Shown here one piece after another: positions 29,994 to 39,987 of a stretch of DNA of 64,000 nucleotides. The stretch covers positions 906,745-970,744 of the forward strand of contig CAVYRK010000011.1 in the NCBI GenBank assembly GCA_963770955.1, in the 5' to 3' direction. The notes beneath the pieces were generated by a model. That model worked only from the letters and a program-made list of their open reading frames with translations, ran no database searches and had not been told where the DNA came from. Position 1 is the first letter of the stretch. Each line of letters opens with the position of its first letter. Both the position numbers and the translations under genes were made by a program. Origin of the DNA: an uncultured Actinomycetota bacterium (GTDB lineage Bacteria > Actinomycetota > UBA4738).

Positions 29994-30928
29994 GGCGTGG
30001 ACGACGGAGCCGGCACCAACGAGCAGGAGCCACAGTCGATGCCGTAGTCGCCGCCGCCCTTGCCGGCGATCAGGTCGTCGAGCCCCCACACGAGCGCGAC
30101 CTGGCCGGGCACCATCTCGATGTTGTCCACGGTGACGATCTTGCCGTGCACCTGGCCGTCGGACCGGACGACCGAAATGAACGGCGACCCCGTCGTGCTC
30201 GGCTGGAGCGCGGCGGTGTCCGTCCCGGTCGTGACGAGCTCCTGGATGAACGGCAGGTAGAAGGTCTCCGCGGGGATCACCGGCGTCGACGACGTCCCGG
30301 ACAGGATCGAGACCGCGGTGCCGGCGCCCCCGACGGCTCCGGGCCCCTCCCGGGCGTCCGACAGGGTGACCAGACCGGCGTCCACCAGCTCGACGAGCAG
30401 GTCGGCGGTCCCCGCCTCGGCCGGCGGCCCCGTCGCGAGCCGTTCCGCGAGGGCGCGGGCCAGGGCATCCGACAGTCGCTCGGGGCTCTCATTGGGCGAG
30501 CGGCCCAGGATGGAGGCCACCTTCTGCCGAGTCGCGGGATCCTGCATGGAAAGATCCTTGCTGAGGACCAGGACGCCGTCGATCGTGGCGCCCGCGCCCC
30601 CGGCGCCGCTCAGCGTCTCCCGGACGGCGTTCAGGTCCGACAGGTCGACCCCTTCCTCCGTCACGATCACCACCCGGGTCCCGCCCAGCCGCCCGTTCAC
30701 CGCCAGCGACCGCGTCTGGTCCGCCCACCGCTGAGAGGTGGCCAACTGCGCCTGGGTGCCCTTCACCTGCCCTTGGAGTTGGCTCACCTTGTCGGAGAGG
30801 CTCGCGGTCCGGTTTCGAAGATCGCTCACCAGGCCCTGGTCGAGGAAGGCGGTCCCCATCAGCAGCCCGACCGCGAGCGCCACGAACACGGCGACGATCG
30901 TCACGACGTGGTACCGGAAGGAGATCAT
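29990..30928 (-). CDS. mctB: Copper transporter MctB-family protein (DUF3186, Rv1698 position)
   Basis: N-terminus MISFRYHVVTIVAVFVALAVGLLMG matches the family signature. It lies between steA and pyrG, as in mycobacteria. Confidence 0.75.
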   Translation of the reverse strand: MISFRYHVVTIVAVFVALAVGLLMGTAFLDQGLVSDLRNRTASLSDKVSQLQGQVKGTQAQLATSQRWADQTRSLAVNGRLGGTRVVIVTEEGVDLSDLNAVRETLSGAGGAGATIDGVLVLSKDLSMQDPATRQKVASILGRSPNESPERLSDALARALAERLATGPPAEAGTADLLVELVDAGLVTLSDAREGPGAVGGAGTAVSILSGTSSTPVIPAETFYLPFIQELVTTGTDTAALQPSTTGSPFISVVRSDGQVHGKIVTVDNIEMVPGQVALVWGLDDLIAGKGGGDYGIDCGSCSLVPAPSSTP

Positions 30929-30932
30929 GCAG

Positions 30933-32093
30933 TCAGTTCGTCACGTTGAAGAGCCACAGGCGGAGCTGGTCCCACCACAGATGGAACTCGAGCCGCAGGG
31001 GCGGCGAGAGGGCGATGACGATCACGACGAGGGCCACGGCCGCGCCCACCAGCAACATGGTGTCCCGCAATCGGATTCGAGCTCGATAGAGGCGCGACAC
31101 GCCCTTCGCGTCGACCAGGATCTCGCCGACCCGCAAGCGGACGAGGAACGTCGACGCCATGCCCATGCGGCCCTTGTCCAGGAACTCGCGGAGGTTGCCG
31201 TGGCTGCCGACGGCCACGATCAGGTCGGCGCCCTTCCCGTGCGCCAACAGGAACGCCGCGTCCTCGCTCGTGCCCGACACCTGGAGGACCTTGTACGGCA
31301 GGCCGAGCGCTGTGATCCGCTCGCGGCCCGGCGCGTTCCCGTCGCGGTACGCGTGCAGGACGATCTCCGCGCCGGACAGCAGCCCCTTCTCAGAGACCGA
31401 GTCCATGTCGCCCAGGACGATGTCCGGCTTGTAGCCCTCCTCGCGCAGCGCGTCGGCACCGCCGTCCACGCCCACCAGCACCGGGCGCAGCTCCCGGATG
31501 TACGGGCGCAGGGCCGCCAGGTCCTCTTTGTAGTGATAGCCGCGAACGACCACCAGGACGTGCCGGCCGGATAGGTCGTGGTCCAGATCGGGCAGCCCCG
31601 AGCCGCCGAACAGGAGGTCGCGTTCCCGCGCCATGAACTCCAGCGTGTTCGTGGCGAAGCTTTCGAACTGGTCGTCCAGGCGGCGCTGCGCGGCCTCCAT
31701 GGCGGCCGCCAGGGTCGGGATCGACTGCGTGATGCCGACCCCGACCAGCCGGTCGCCCACGTACACGCGGTCGCCCTCGAGGCGGACCTCGTCGCCCTCC
31801 CGTACCTTGCCCATGAGGAGCTTCCCGACGTTGTCGATCAGCACGATGCCCGCCTCCACCACGATCAGCGGGCCGAGGGTCGGGTACCGGCCGCTGATGG
31901 ACGGAGACGCGTTGACCACGGCCGAGACGCCCTTCGCGACGAGCTCCTCGGCCGCGACCCGGTCGAGGTCTTCGTGGTCGATGATCGCGACCTCGCCCGG
32001 CTCCACGCGCTGCAGCAGGTTCTTCGTGCGGCGATCGACGCGCGCGGCGCGCGTACCGACCCGCTCTCGACGTCTGGTGACTCTGAGGGCCAC
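30933..32093 (-). CDS. steA: SteA-family putative cytokinetic ring protein (Rv1697 position)
   Basis: RVDRRTKNLLQRVEPGEVAIIDHEDLDRVAAEELV.., a thiamine-pyrophosphokinase-like middle region and a C-terminal TM helix. Confidence 0.75.
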   Translation of the reverse strand: MALRVTRRRERVGTRAARVDRRTKNLLQRVEPGEVAIIDHEDLDRVAAEELVAKGVSAVVNASPSISGRYPTLGPLIVVEAGIVLIDNVGKLLMGKVREGDEVRLEGDRVYVGDRLVGVGITQSIPTLAAAMEAAQRRLDDQFESFATNTLEFMARERDLLFGGSGLPDLDHDLSGRHVLVVVRGYHYKEDLAALRPYIRELRPVLVGVDGGADALREEGYKPDIVLGDMDSVSEKGLLSGAEIVLHAYRDGNAPGRERITALGLPYKVLQVSGTSEDAAFLLAHGKGADLIVAVGSHGNLREFLDKGRMGMASTFLVRLRVGEILVDAKGVSRLYRARIRLRDTMLLVGAAVALVVIVIALSPPLRLEFHLWWDQLRLWLFNVTN

Positions 32094-32188
32094 GCCTCAC
32101 CTCGGCCAAATCGCTCGGATTCCGCACCAACCTTAGCCGGTCGCCCCCACGTCCGGGTAGGGACCGCGCTTTCCCACCGCCTGCTCGC

Positions 32189-33835
32189 TCAGCCGCGACT
32201 TCCCGCGTCCATCAGGTCCCGGGCGTGCGCCAGCGACACGTCCGTGACGTCGCCCGAGAGCATGCGCGCGAGCTCGGCGGGCCGGTCGGCGTCGTCCAGC
32301 TGCCGGACGGTGGCCGCTCCCCCCTCCTTGGTGACCAGGAAGTGCCGGTCGGCGTGCGCGGCGATCTGGGCCAGATGCGTCACCACGACCACCTGCCGGG
32401 TTTCCCCCAGCGCCGCCAGCCGCCGCCCCACCGCCGCCGCCGCCCGTCCGCCGACGCCGGCGTCCACCTCGTCGAACACGAGCGTCGGGACGTCGTCGAG
32501 CTCGGCCAGCACGCTCCGGCAGGCGAGCATCGCGCGGGACAGCTCGCCGCCGGAGGCAACCTTCGACAGCGGCCGGACCGGCTGCTTCGGCCCTGCCGAG
32601 AAGACGAACTCGGCGACCTCCGCGCCGGAGGGACCGGGCTCGGACAGCGCCGGGAGCTCGATCGACACCTCGGCGCCCTGCATGCCGAGCTCGCGCAGCT
32701 CGGCGGTGACGGCCGCCGCCAGGCGAGGCGCGGACTCCCGCCGCGCCGCGGTCACCCGTTCGGCGAGCGCTCCGACCTCCCGTGCGCCGTCCTCCACCTC
32801 CCGCTGCAGCGAGTCGCGTTCCGTCTCCTCGGCGGACAGGGCCTCGAGCCGCGCCTGTGCCTCGGCGAGGAACGCCAGCACGCCGTCCACGCCGTCGCCG
32901 TACTTGCGCTCGAGCGCGCGGATGGCCTGCGTTCGCTCCCGCACCTCGTCGAGGCGGGACGGGTCGAGCGCCACGCCCTCGCGGTACGCGCGTAGGTCGG
33001 CAGCGAGGTCCTCCGCCTCCGCCGAGAGCGCCTCCGCCCTCGCTCCCGCGGCCTCCGCGGCCGCATCGAGGCTCGCGACGGCGCGGAGCGCGACGGCCGC
33101 CTCGCGAAGGCGGTCCAGGGCGGCGCCGTCGTCGGCAAGCGCCGACTGGGCGCCGCCGGTGAGGTCGATGATGCGCTCGGCGTGCGCCAGCCTCGATTCC
33201 TCGGACTCGAGCTCCTCCGGCTCGCCGGGGCGAAGCGCCGCCGACTCGATCTCGCGGATCTGGTACGCGAGCAGGTCGCGTTCGCGCTCCCGTTCGCGCG
33301 ATTCCCGTTCGAGCCGCTCCAGCCGGGACCGCGCGGCCCGCAGCTGCGCGAACGCCCCACGGTGCGCCTCCAGGATCCCTCCGTGCTCGTCCCCCGCATA
33401 GCGGTCGAGGAACGCGGTCTGCGCGTCCGACGCGAGCAGCCGGTCGGTCTGGCGCTGCCCGTGGATCTCCACCATCCCCTCGCCGACGGAGGTGAGGGTC
33501 GAGACCGATGTCAGGTGACCGCCCGCACGAGCCGTCCCCCTGCCGTCGGCTCGCACCGCGCGAGCGAGGATGACCTCGCCGTCCTCGGCCCACTCGGCCA
33601 GGTGCTCGGGCGGCGGATCGGACACGGAGAACCGTGCCTCCACGGACAGACGGTCGCGCCCCGGCCCGACCAGGTCGGCGCCACCCCGCGCGCCCAGGAC
33701 GAGGCCCAGCGCCAGGGTCACCATGGTCTTGCCGGCGCCGGTCTCGCCGGTCAGCACGTTGAGCCCGGGCGACAGCTCCAGGGCCGCCTCGTCGATCACC
33801 CCCAGGCCCGCGACGTTCAATTCCTCGAGCATCAT
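32189..33835 (-). CDS. recN: DNA repair protein RecN
   Basis: MMLEELNVAGLGVIDEAALELSPGLNVLTGETGAGKTMV, a coiled-coil middle region and C-terminal SGGELSR..VFDEVDAGVGG. The 893-aa track ORF runs beyond the real start. Confidence 0.9.
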   Translation of the reverse strand: MMLEELNVAGLGVIDEAALELSPGLNVLTGETGAGKTMVTLALGLVLGARGGADLVGPGRDRLSVEARFSVSDPPPEHLAEWAEDGEVILARAVRADGRGTARAGGHLTSVSTLTSVGEGMVEIHGQRQTDRLLASDAQTAFLDRYAGDEHGGILEAHRGAFAQLRAARSRLERLERESRERERERDLLAYQIREIESAALRPGEPEELESEESRLAHAERIIDLTGGAQSALADDGAALDRLREAAVALRAVASLDAAAEAAGARAEALSAEAEDLAADLRAYREGVALDPSRLDEVRERTQAIRALERKYGDGVDGVLAFLAEAQARLEALSAEETERDSLQREVEDGAREVGALAERVTAARRESAPRLAAAVTAELRELGMQGAEVSIELPALSEPGPSGAEVAEFVFSAGPKQPVRPLSKVASGGELSRAMLACRSVLAELDDVPTLVFDEVDAGVGGRAAAAVGRRLAALGETRQVVVVTHLAQIAAHADRHFLVTKEGGAATVRQLDDADRPAELARMLSGDVTDVSLAHARDLMDAGSRG

Positions 33836-33909
33836 CCCCTCACCCGCGGGAGCGCTCCTCCTCCCCGAGGATCGTAGCGAAGGCTGCCGACGCCGGGACG
33901 CGGACGGGC

Positions 33910-34821
33910 TCAGCGACCGGAACCGGAGTCGGGGCGCGTGGGGTCGGCCGGGGCCTGCTCGGGAAGCCCGAACTTCTCGCGGAGCAGCGAGAAGAAGGGG
34001 ACGCCGCCGTGGCGGCGCACCAACCGCGACGGGTGCTCGGCCCGCCGGATGCGAACGCGCGCCCCGGGCGGCATCTCGATGCTGGGGCGGCCGTCGGCGG
34101 ACAGGATGGCGGGCTCTTCCCCCTGTACCTCGAGCACGACCTGCTGGTCGGGCGCCAGCACGATCGACCGGTCGAAGACCATGTGCGGCGAGACGGGCGT
34201 GAGCACGATGCAGTCGAGCCGGGGAATGACGATCGGCCCCCGGGCCGAGAACGAGTAGGCGGTCGAGCCCGTGGGCGTCGCGACGATGACGCCGTCCGCG
34301 GAGAACGTCGTGACCTTCTCCCCGTCGACCCACGATGCGAGCGTGACCAGGCGATGCCGCGAGCGCTTCTCGACGATGACCTCGTTGAGGGCCCACTGCG
34401 GCTCGGACATCCAGCCCGCCGGGCCGTCGCGGTCGGCTTCCGCGACGACCGCCATGCGCTCCTCGATGGTCACGTCGCCGGCCAGCGTCCGTTCGAGGAC
34501 GGCGGTGGCCTCCGCCGGCTCGACCTCCGTGAGGAACCCGAGCCGCCCGACCTTGACGCCCAGGAGCGGCGCCCCGGCGCGGTGCGCGACCTCGGCCGCA
34601 CGGAGCAGCGTCCCGTCGCCGCCGACCGAGACCACCAGGTCGAGATCCAGAGCGAGCGATTCGTCGTCGTGCGTCTCGGTCGCACCGACGTCCGCGCCCC
34701 GCACCGCGCGCGTCTTCACGCCGCGGTCGCCGAGCCACACCACGAGCGAGCGAGCGGCCTCCACCGCGGCCGGCCGGCCCTCGTGGACGACGAGGCCCAC
34801 GGACCTGATGCCGTCGGTCAC
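33910..34821 (-). CDS. nadK: NAD kinase
   Basis: Contains the GGDGTLL motif and is collinear with the NadK/PpnK family. Confidence 0.9.
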   Translation of the reverse strand: MTDGIRSVGLVVHEGRPAAVEAARSLVVWLGDRGVKTRAVRGADVGATETHDDESLALDLDLVVSVGGDGTLLRAAEVAHRAGAPLLGVKVGRLGFLTEVEPAEATAVLERTLAGDVTIEERMAVVAEADRDGPAGWMSEPQWALNEVIVEKRSRHRLVTLASWVDGEKVTTFSADGVIVATPTGSTAYSFSARGPIVIPRLDCIVLTPVSPHMVFDRSIVLAPDQQVVLEVQGEEPAILSADGRPSIEMPPGARVRIRRAEHPSRLVRRHGGVPFFSLLREKFGLPEQAPADPTRPDSGSGR

Positions 34822-35612
34822 CGCGGCTCGCCCTCGTCCAGGGCCCGTTCGAGCTCGGCATCGAGGTCATCCGGTTCGTCGCCCGGCCGCGACGCCCACA
34901 GGAGCAGCTCGACGTTCCCCGCCGGGCCTGCCAGCGGGGACGAGGTGACGCCGCGAACAGCCAGCCCCGCGTCGCGGCACGCCGACGCCACGCGCTCCAC
35001 GGCCCGGCGCCGGTCGTCGCGCGAGCGGATCACCCCCCCGGCGCCCACCGCCTCGCGCCCGGCCTCGAACTGCGGCTTCACGAGCAGCACGAAGTCCGCG
35101 CGGTCGCCCGCGCACCGGGCGAGCGCCGGCAGGACCAGCTCGAGCGAGATGAACGACAGGTCGGCGGTCACCAGGTCGGGGCGGTACGGGAGCACCGCGG
35201 GCTCGATCGTGCGGGCATTCGTCCGTTCCATGACGGTCACCCGCGCGTCGGTGCGCAAGCCCCAATCCAGCTGTCCGTAGCCGACGTCGACGGCGATCAC
35301 GCAGGCGGCGCCGCGGGCGAGCAGGCAGTCGGTGAACCCCCCGGTCGACGCGCCGGCGTCGAGAGCGCGGCGGCCCCCGACGTCGATCGAGAACCGATCG
35401 AGCGCGGCCTCCAGCTTCTCGCCCCCGCGCGAAACGAACTTGCGTGCCGGCTTCGTGAACACGATGGGGTCGGCCGCGGCGACCAGCGCGCCGGACTTGC
35501 GCGCGGGGCGGCCACCCACCAGGACCTTCCCGGCTCCGACGGCCATGGCAGCCTCGGTCCGGCTGGCGGCGAGGCCCCGCCGGACCATTTCGACGTCCAG
35601 CCGCCGCCTCAC
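34818..35612 (-). CDS. tlyA: TlyA-family rRNA 2'-O-methyltransferase (hemolysin A-like)
   Basis: S4 domain (RRRLDVEMVRRGLAASRTEAAMAV..GKVLVGG) followed by an FtsJ-like SAM methyltransferase (ALDAGASTGGFTDCLL). Confidence 0.88.
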   Translation of the reverse strand: MRRRLDVEMVRRGLAASRTEAAMAVGAGKVLVGGRPARKSGALVAAADPIVFTKPARKFVSRGGEKLEAALDRFSIDVGGRRALDAGASTGGFTDCLLARGAACVIAVDVGYGQLDWGLRTDARVTVMERTNARTIEPAVLPYRPDLVTADLSFISLELVLPALARCAGDRADFVLLVKPQFEAGREAVGAGGVIRSRDDRRRAVERVASACRDAGLAVRGVTSSPLAGPAGNVELLLWASRPGDEPDDLDAELERALDEGEPR

Positions 35613-36007
35613 CGAGCGGTCGACGACCCGGCGCTCCCTGACGATTCGGATGTGTGAGTCGGGGCCTTCTCGGCCGTACCGGCGCGCTTCTTCTTCTCCT
35701 TCGCCGGCTCGGCCGTGCTCGCGGCGCCCGCGGGCTTCTCCAGCTTCTTCACCCGCTCGGCCAACGCGTCGAGCTCCTTCTTCGAGGCCACGCCCATCTC
35801 GCCCACGACGCGGTAGACCATGTCGGTGACGTCACCCTGGAGGCGTTCCCGGGCCGACGTGCTCCATTCGAGGAGCCCCGCCGCGAACCCCGCCACCTGC
35901 TCGCCGAGCTCCTTCGCCTTGCCGAACACGGCGGCGCCCACCTCGTCGGGCTTCTTGGGCATCGAGCCGATCCCCGACTCAACCTTCTTGCGGATGTCTT
36001 CGATCAT
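35609..36007 (-). CDS. Hypothetical small coiled-coil protein with Lys-rich tail (phasin-like)
   Basis: MIEDIRKKVESGIGSMPKK..MGVASKKELDALAERVKKLEK. Composition is protein-like and the gene overlaps tlyA by 4 nt. Confidence 0.55.
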   Translation of the reverse strand: MIEDIRKKVESGIGSMPKKPDEVGAAVFGKAKELGEQVAGFAAGLLEWSTSARERLQGDVTDMVYRVVGEMGVASKKELDALAERVKKLEKPAGAASTAEPAKEKKKRAGTAEKAPTHTSESSGSAGSSTAR

Positions 36008-36090
36008 CTCCAGGAGAGCATAGCAACGGCTCCGTGCCATAATCTCGCCGGTCTCGCGGCCCCGGGCCCCCGGCCCCCTGGAGGGCGACG

Positions 36091-36969
36091 TTGCTGCCGC
36101 TCCGAGACGACAACCCGACGCTCGGAACCCCCTGGGTCAACCTGGCGATCATCGCGCTGAACGTGCTCGCCTTCCTGGCCTGGGAGCCGACGTTCGCCTC
36201 CGGCCAGGCCGGCCAGGTCCGGCAGGAGGTCTTCTTCTTCTGCCAGGCGGAGATCCCCTGGGAGGTGACCCACCAGACGACGCTCGGGCAGGGCGGGGCC
36301 GCCGCCCGCGAGTCCATGGAGCAACAGGGCCTGACACCTGCGCCCGAGGTCCAGCGGGAGCTCGCGCGGCGGTGCCGTCACAAGAGCTGGCTCCTGTCGG
36401 TCTTCGCGGCGATGTTCCTGCACGCGGGGTGGCTGCACATCGGGGGCAACATGCTGTTCCTGTGGATCTTCGGGAACAACGTGGAGGACCGGCTGGGCCA
36501 TCTGAAGTACGCGCTGTTCTACCTGGCGTGCGGGATCGCGGCCACGCTGGGCCAGCTGGCCGTCGGTCCGAACTCGGTCATCCCGAATCTGGGCGCATCC
36601 GGGGCGATCGCCGGCGTGCTGGGCGCCTACCTGGTGATGTTCCCGAGGCGCAAGGTCCTCACGCTGATCTTCTTCTTCATCATCACGTGGGTGTACGTGC
36701 CGGCGGTGGTGGTGCTCGGCGCGTGGTTCGTCCTGCAGCTCTACAGCGGGTTCGGATCGATCGCGCGCCACGCGAACGCGGGCGGCGGCGTGGCGTATTT
36801 CGCGCACATCGGAGGCTTCGCGTTCGGCGCGCTGATGGCGCTCCTCTTCTTCCCGAAGGAGGGGTTCCGGAACCGGCCGGCACCGCCGCGTCCCGACCTG
36901 CCCGGCAGGCGAGGGTTCCGGCGGCGCCCACCTACTCCCCCACCCCCGGACATCACGTGGGCGAGCTGA
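36091..36969 (+). CDS. Rhomboid-family intramembrane serine protease
   Basis: HAGWLHIGGNMLFLWIFGNNVEDRLGH, the catalytic GASGAIAGVLGAY and AHIGGFAFG. Confidence 0.9.
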   Translation: MLPLRDDNPTLGTPWVNLAIIALNVLAFLAWEPTFASGQAGQVRQEVFFFCQAEIPWEVTHQTTLGQGGAAARESMEQQGLTPAPEVQRELARRCRHKSWLLSVFAAMFLHAGWLHIGGNMLFLWIFGNNVEDRLGHLKYALFYLACGIAATLGQLAVGPNSVIPNLGASGAIAGVLGAYLVMFPRRKVLTLIFFFIITWVYVPAVVVLGAWFVLQLYSGFGSIARHANAGGGVAYFAHIGGFAFGALMALLFFPKEGFRNRPAPPRPDLPGRRGFRRRPPTPPPPDITWAS

Positions 36970-37011
36970 CGCACGAGAGCCGGCGGTCGCGTTCGGCCCG
37001 GCGCCGGTGCA

Positions 37012-37953
37012 TCATCCCGGCCGATCGTCTGCCCCATCACCCAGCCGGACCAGGCCGCTGGCCGACAGCGCGGCCTCGAGGGCGGGCAGGTCTCCGGCGT
37101 GCGCCGCCCGTGCACGAGCCAGCGGTCGCGTCTCGAGGAGGGCCGTGAGCCCCCCCGCCACGAACGTGGGCAGCGCAGCCGACTCTGGAAGGTCTTCCAG
37201 GCGCGAGGCCCCCGTCAGGACGAGCAGCGAGTCCCATCCCATGGCGGCCGCGCCGGCGATGTCGGTGTCCAGCCTGTCCCCCACCACCAACGGGTGCCGT
37301 GCGCCGGTGTCCTCGGCCGCGGCCTCGAACATCGGCCGGGAGGGCTTCCCGACGACGGTCGGGGTGGCGCCCGTCGCGGTGGTGACCGCGGCCAGAATGG
37401 CGCCGCCGCCCGGCCAGAGACCGTCCGGCGCCGGGTACGTCGCGTCCGCGTTGGTCGCGACCAGGCGGGCGCCGCGCTGGATCAGCAGGGCGGCCGTGCG
37501 CAGCCGGTCGTAGGTCAGGTCGCGGTCCCAGCCGACGACGACCAGGTCGGCGCGCTCCGGTGACCCGTCCACGACGCGGATCCCGATGCCGGCCAGTGCG
37601 TCACGGATGCCTCGCTCACCGATGACGAACGCGGTCCCCGTCGCTCCCTCCCGGTGCAGGAGCGCGGCGGTGGCGTTCGCCGACGTGATCACCTCGGAGG
37701 GCGCCGCAGCGATGCCCATGCGCTCCAGCCGCCCGGCCACCTCGTCCGGCGTCCGTGCGGAGTTGTTCGTGAGGAAGCGGATGGTCGCGCCCTGTTCCCG
37801 GACCCGGCCGATCGCCTCGCCGGCCCCGGGGACCGGGTCGTCGCCCCGGTACAGGACGCCGTCGAGGTCGAACAGCAGCGCGTCGTAGACCCTGTGCAGG
37901 GGTTCCGCCCGCGTCGGGCCGGAGCCCGGTCCGGGATCGGCCACCGAGCCCAT
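37012..37953 (-). CDS. HAD-IIA family phosphatase (Rv1692-like)
   Basis: DALLFDLDGVLYRG..FLTNNS..GKPSRPMF..VVGDRLDTDI. Confidence 0.85.
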   Translation of the reverse strand: MGSVADPGPGSGPTRAEPLHRVYDALLFDLDGVLYRGDDPVPGAGEAIGRVREQGATIRFLTNNSARTPDEVAGRLERMGIAAAPSEVITSANATAALLHREGATGTAFVIGERGIRDALAGIGIRVVDGSPERADLVVVGWDRDLTYDRLRTAALLIQRGARLVATNADATYPAPDGLWPGGGAILAAVTTATGATPTVVGKPSRPMFEAAAEDTGARHPLVVGDRLDTDIAGAAAMGWDSLLVLTGASRLEDLPESAALPTFVAGGLTALLETRPLARARAAHAGDLPALEAALSASGLVRLGDGADDRPG

Positions 37954-38324
37954 CACGCGGAGAGCCGGCGGAGGGCCTTCTCGTACTCCTCCTGCCCCGG
38001 TCGCATGGCGAGGGCGAGCTTCAGGTGGGCGATCGCGCGCGTCCGCTGCCCGGTCTTGGCGCACGAAAGGGCCAGGCCGAAGTGCGCGTAGTCGTTCACC
38101 GGATCGATCTGGAGCGCCTTCGCGAACTCCCGCCGCGCGCGGTCGTTGCGGCCCGCGAGGTACAGAGCCCGCGCCAGGGTCTCGCGGATCGAGCCCTTCT
38201 CCGGCTCGATGAGCTTCGCGCGATCCAGCAGCATGGCGGCCTGGTGCGGATGGCCGCCGTCGATCAGCTCGCGCGCTCGCACGAGGAGGTCGTACGCGGA
38301 TGAGGAGTGAGCCGTGATCGCCAC
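37953..38324 (-). CDS. Tetratricopeptide-repeat protein
   Basis: TPR-like repeats (ARALYLAGRNDRARREFAKALQIDPVNDYAHFGLALSCAKTGQRTRAIAHLKLAL). The GTG at 38324 is chosen as start but is uncertain. Confidence 0.65.
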   Translation of the reverse strand: MAITAHSSSAYDLLVRARELIDGGHPHQAAMLLDRAKLIEPEKGSIRETLARALYLAGRNDRARREFAKALQIDPVNDYAHFGLALSCAKTGQRTRAIAHLKLALAMRPGQEEYEKALRRLSA

Positions 38325-39525
38325 GCGCCTCCGATTATCCCCTAAGGTTGCCGCCGTGCCGACTGCCGCCCCGTTCGTGGGACTGCTGTACGACCCGGCC
38401 GTGGCCGGCGACCTGCAGACCCTGACCACCCCGCCGTACGACCAGATCTCGCCGGAGGATCAGGAACGGTACGCGCATGAGAGCGCCTTCAACGCGGTCC
38501 GGCTCGAGCTCGCGATCGGAGCGAAGGGCACCGACGCGCGTCGGTACGCGGAGGCCGCGGCCCTGCTGTCGGACTGGCGCGAGCACGGGGTGCTGAAGGA
38601 GGTCGGAGGGCCGGCCGTGTACCCCTACGAGATGGATTTCCGCGGATTCGGGGCCGACCGCCGCGTCCGCGGCGTGATCGTGGAGATCGACCTCGAGCCG
38701 TACGGCGGCTCGATCGTGCCCCACGAGGGGACGCTGCCGGAGCCACTTCGCGACCGGCTCGCGCTGCTGCGATCGGTGCGGGCAAACCTGTCCCCCGTCT
38801 TCGGTGTCTTCCAGGAGCGGTCCCCGGACCTGTCCGCGTTGCTCGACGACGTGATGCGGCGCGACCCGGACCGGAGGGTCACGGACGAGGCCGGCACTCG
38901 TCACTCGCTCTGGGTGGCGCCCGAGGGCAATGATGTCGTGCCCGAGGTGCTCGGATCGCGCACCGTCATGGTCGCCGACGGCCACCACCGGTACGAGGTC
39001 GCGCTCGCCTACCGCGAGGAAATGCGCGCGACGCACGGACCCGGGCCCTGGGACCGGCTGATGATGCTGATCGTGGACGCGGGAACCGATCCTCCGCTCG
39101 TCCTGCCGTTCCACCGTGTGCTGACCCGCGATGCGCCCATGCCGGAGAACGCGCAGCCGGTCCGCGACCTGCAGGAGGCGCTCGCCGGGCTGCGCGACGA
39201 CGACCTGACGGTCGGCGCCGTCCGGATGGACGGCCCGGACGCGGTCCATCTGCTCGGCACGATCTCGGGCGAGCCGCCGACGGTGCGCGCCCTCCATGCA
39301 AGCCTCCTGGCCGGCGTCGATGCCGGCGACCTCCGCTACGTGGCGGATGCCGGCGAGGCCGAGGCCATCGTGCGCCGCGGCGAAGGTGCGGCCGCATACC
39401 TCCTTCCGGCAACCACGGTAGACCGCATCCGCCGGGTCGTGGACTCGGGCGGCCGGCTCCCCGAGAAATCGACGTACTTCTGGCCGAAGCCCCGCACGGG
39501 GATGGTGTTCCGGCTGGCGTTCTAG
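38314..39525 (+). CDS. DUF1015-family protein
   Basis: Contains PFVGLLYDP, TPPYDQISPED and MVADGHHRYEVAL. The start may instead be the GTG near 38355. Confidence 0.8.
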   Translation: MIATRLRLSPKVAAVPTAAPFVGLLYDPAVAGDLQTLTTPPYDQISPEDQERYAHESAFNAVRLELAIGAKGTDARRYAEAAALLSDWREHGVLKEVGGPAVYPYEMDFRGFGADRRVRGVIVEIDLEPYGGSIVPHEGTLPEPLRDRLALLRSVRANLSPVFGVFQERSPDLSALLDDVMRRDPDRRVTDEAGTRHSLWVAPEGNDVVPEVLGSRTVMVADGHHRYEVALAYREEMRATHGPGPWDRLMMLIVDAGTDPPLVLPFHRVLTRDAPMPENAQPVRDLQEALAGLRDDDLTVGAVRMDGPDAVHLLGTISGEPPTVRALHASLLAGVDAGDLRYVADAGEAEAIVRRGEGAAAYLLPATTVDRIRRVVDSGGRLPEKSTYFWPKPRTGMVFRLAF

Positions 39526-39582
39526 CGACTCGCCCTCGCCCCGCGGGGCCCGCGGAGCGCCTCTTCGTCTGTTTTCCCCTCG

Positions 39583-39894
39583 CTACTCCTCGACCGCCTC
39601 CAGCTTCTTCACCTCCGTCGCAACCACTTCCGTGACCGAGCGTCCGCCGCCGCCGTCCCGGTAGAACCGCCGGATCAGGTGTCCGCGAACCAGAACGGGG
39701 TCGCCCTTCGCCAGGGCCTCGCAGGCGCGGCGCGGCAACCGGTCCCAGGCGGAGACGGGCAGGGGGAGGAGACGCCTGCCCTCTTCGGGGATCGCCAGAC
39801 GGAATCTGGCGACCTGGTCGCCGGAGGGCATCGTCTTCAGCTCGGGAGCGTCCGACAGCCGGCCGGCAAGCACCACCACGTTGACCGAAACCAT
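39583..39894 (-). CDS. Short single-stranded-DNA-binding-protein-like OB-fold protein
   Basis: MVSVNVVVLAGRLSDAPELKTMPSGDQVARFRLAI resembles an SSB N-terminus. At 103 aa it lacks an acidic C-terminal tail. Confidence 0.5.
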   Translation of the reverse strand: MVSVNVVVLAGRLSDAPELKTMPSGDQVARFRLAIPEEGRRLLPLPVSAWDRLPRRACEALAKGDPVLVRGHLIRRFYRDGGGGRSVTEVVATEVKKLEAVEE

Positions 39895-39987
39895 GATGAC
39901 GTTCGTCCTCCTCTCGGGCGGACGCTACCGCGAGGCACCGACGCGCGGTTGCGGATCCGAACCGTGCGGCGACCGTAGACTGAGCCC

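Noticed and set aside
32189-34870. 893-aa ORF spanning recN and nadK
   Set aside because: Only the C-terminal 548 aa (from MMLEELNV at 33835) are RecN. The N-terminal extension is the Arg-rich off-frame reading of the nadK region, whose real frame is 33910..34821.
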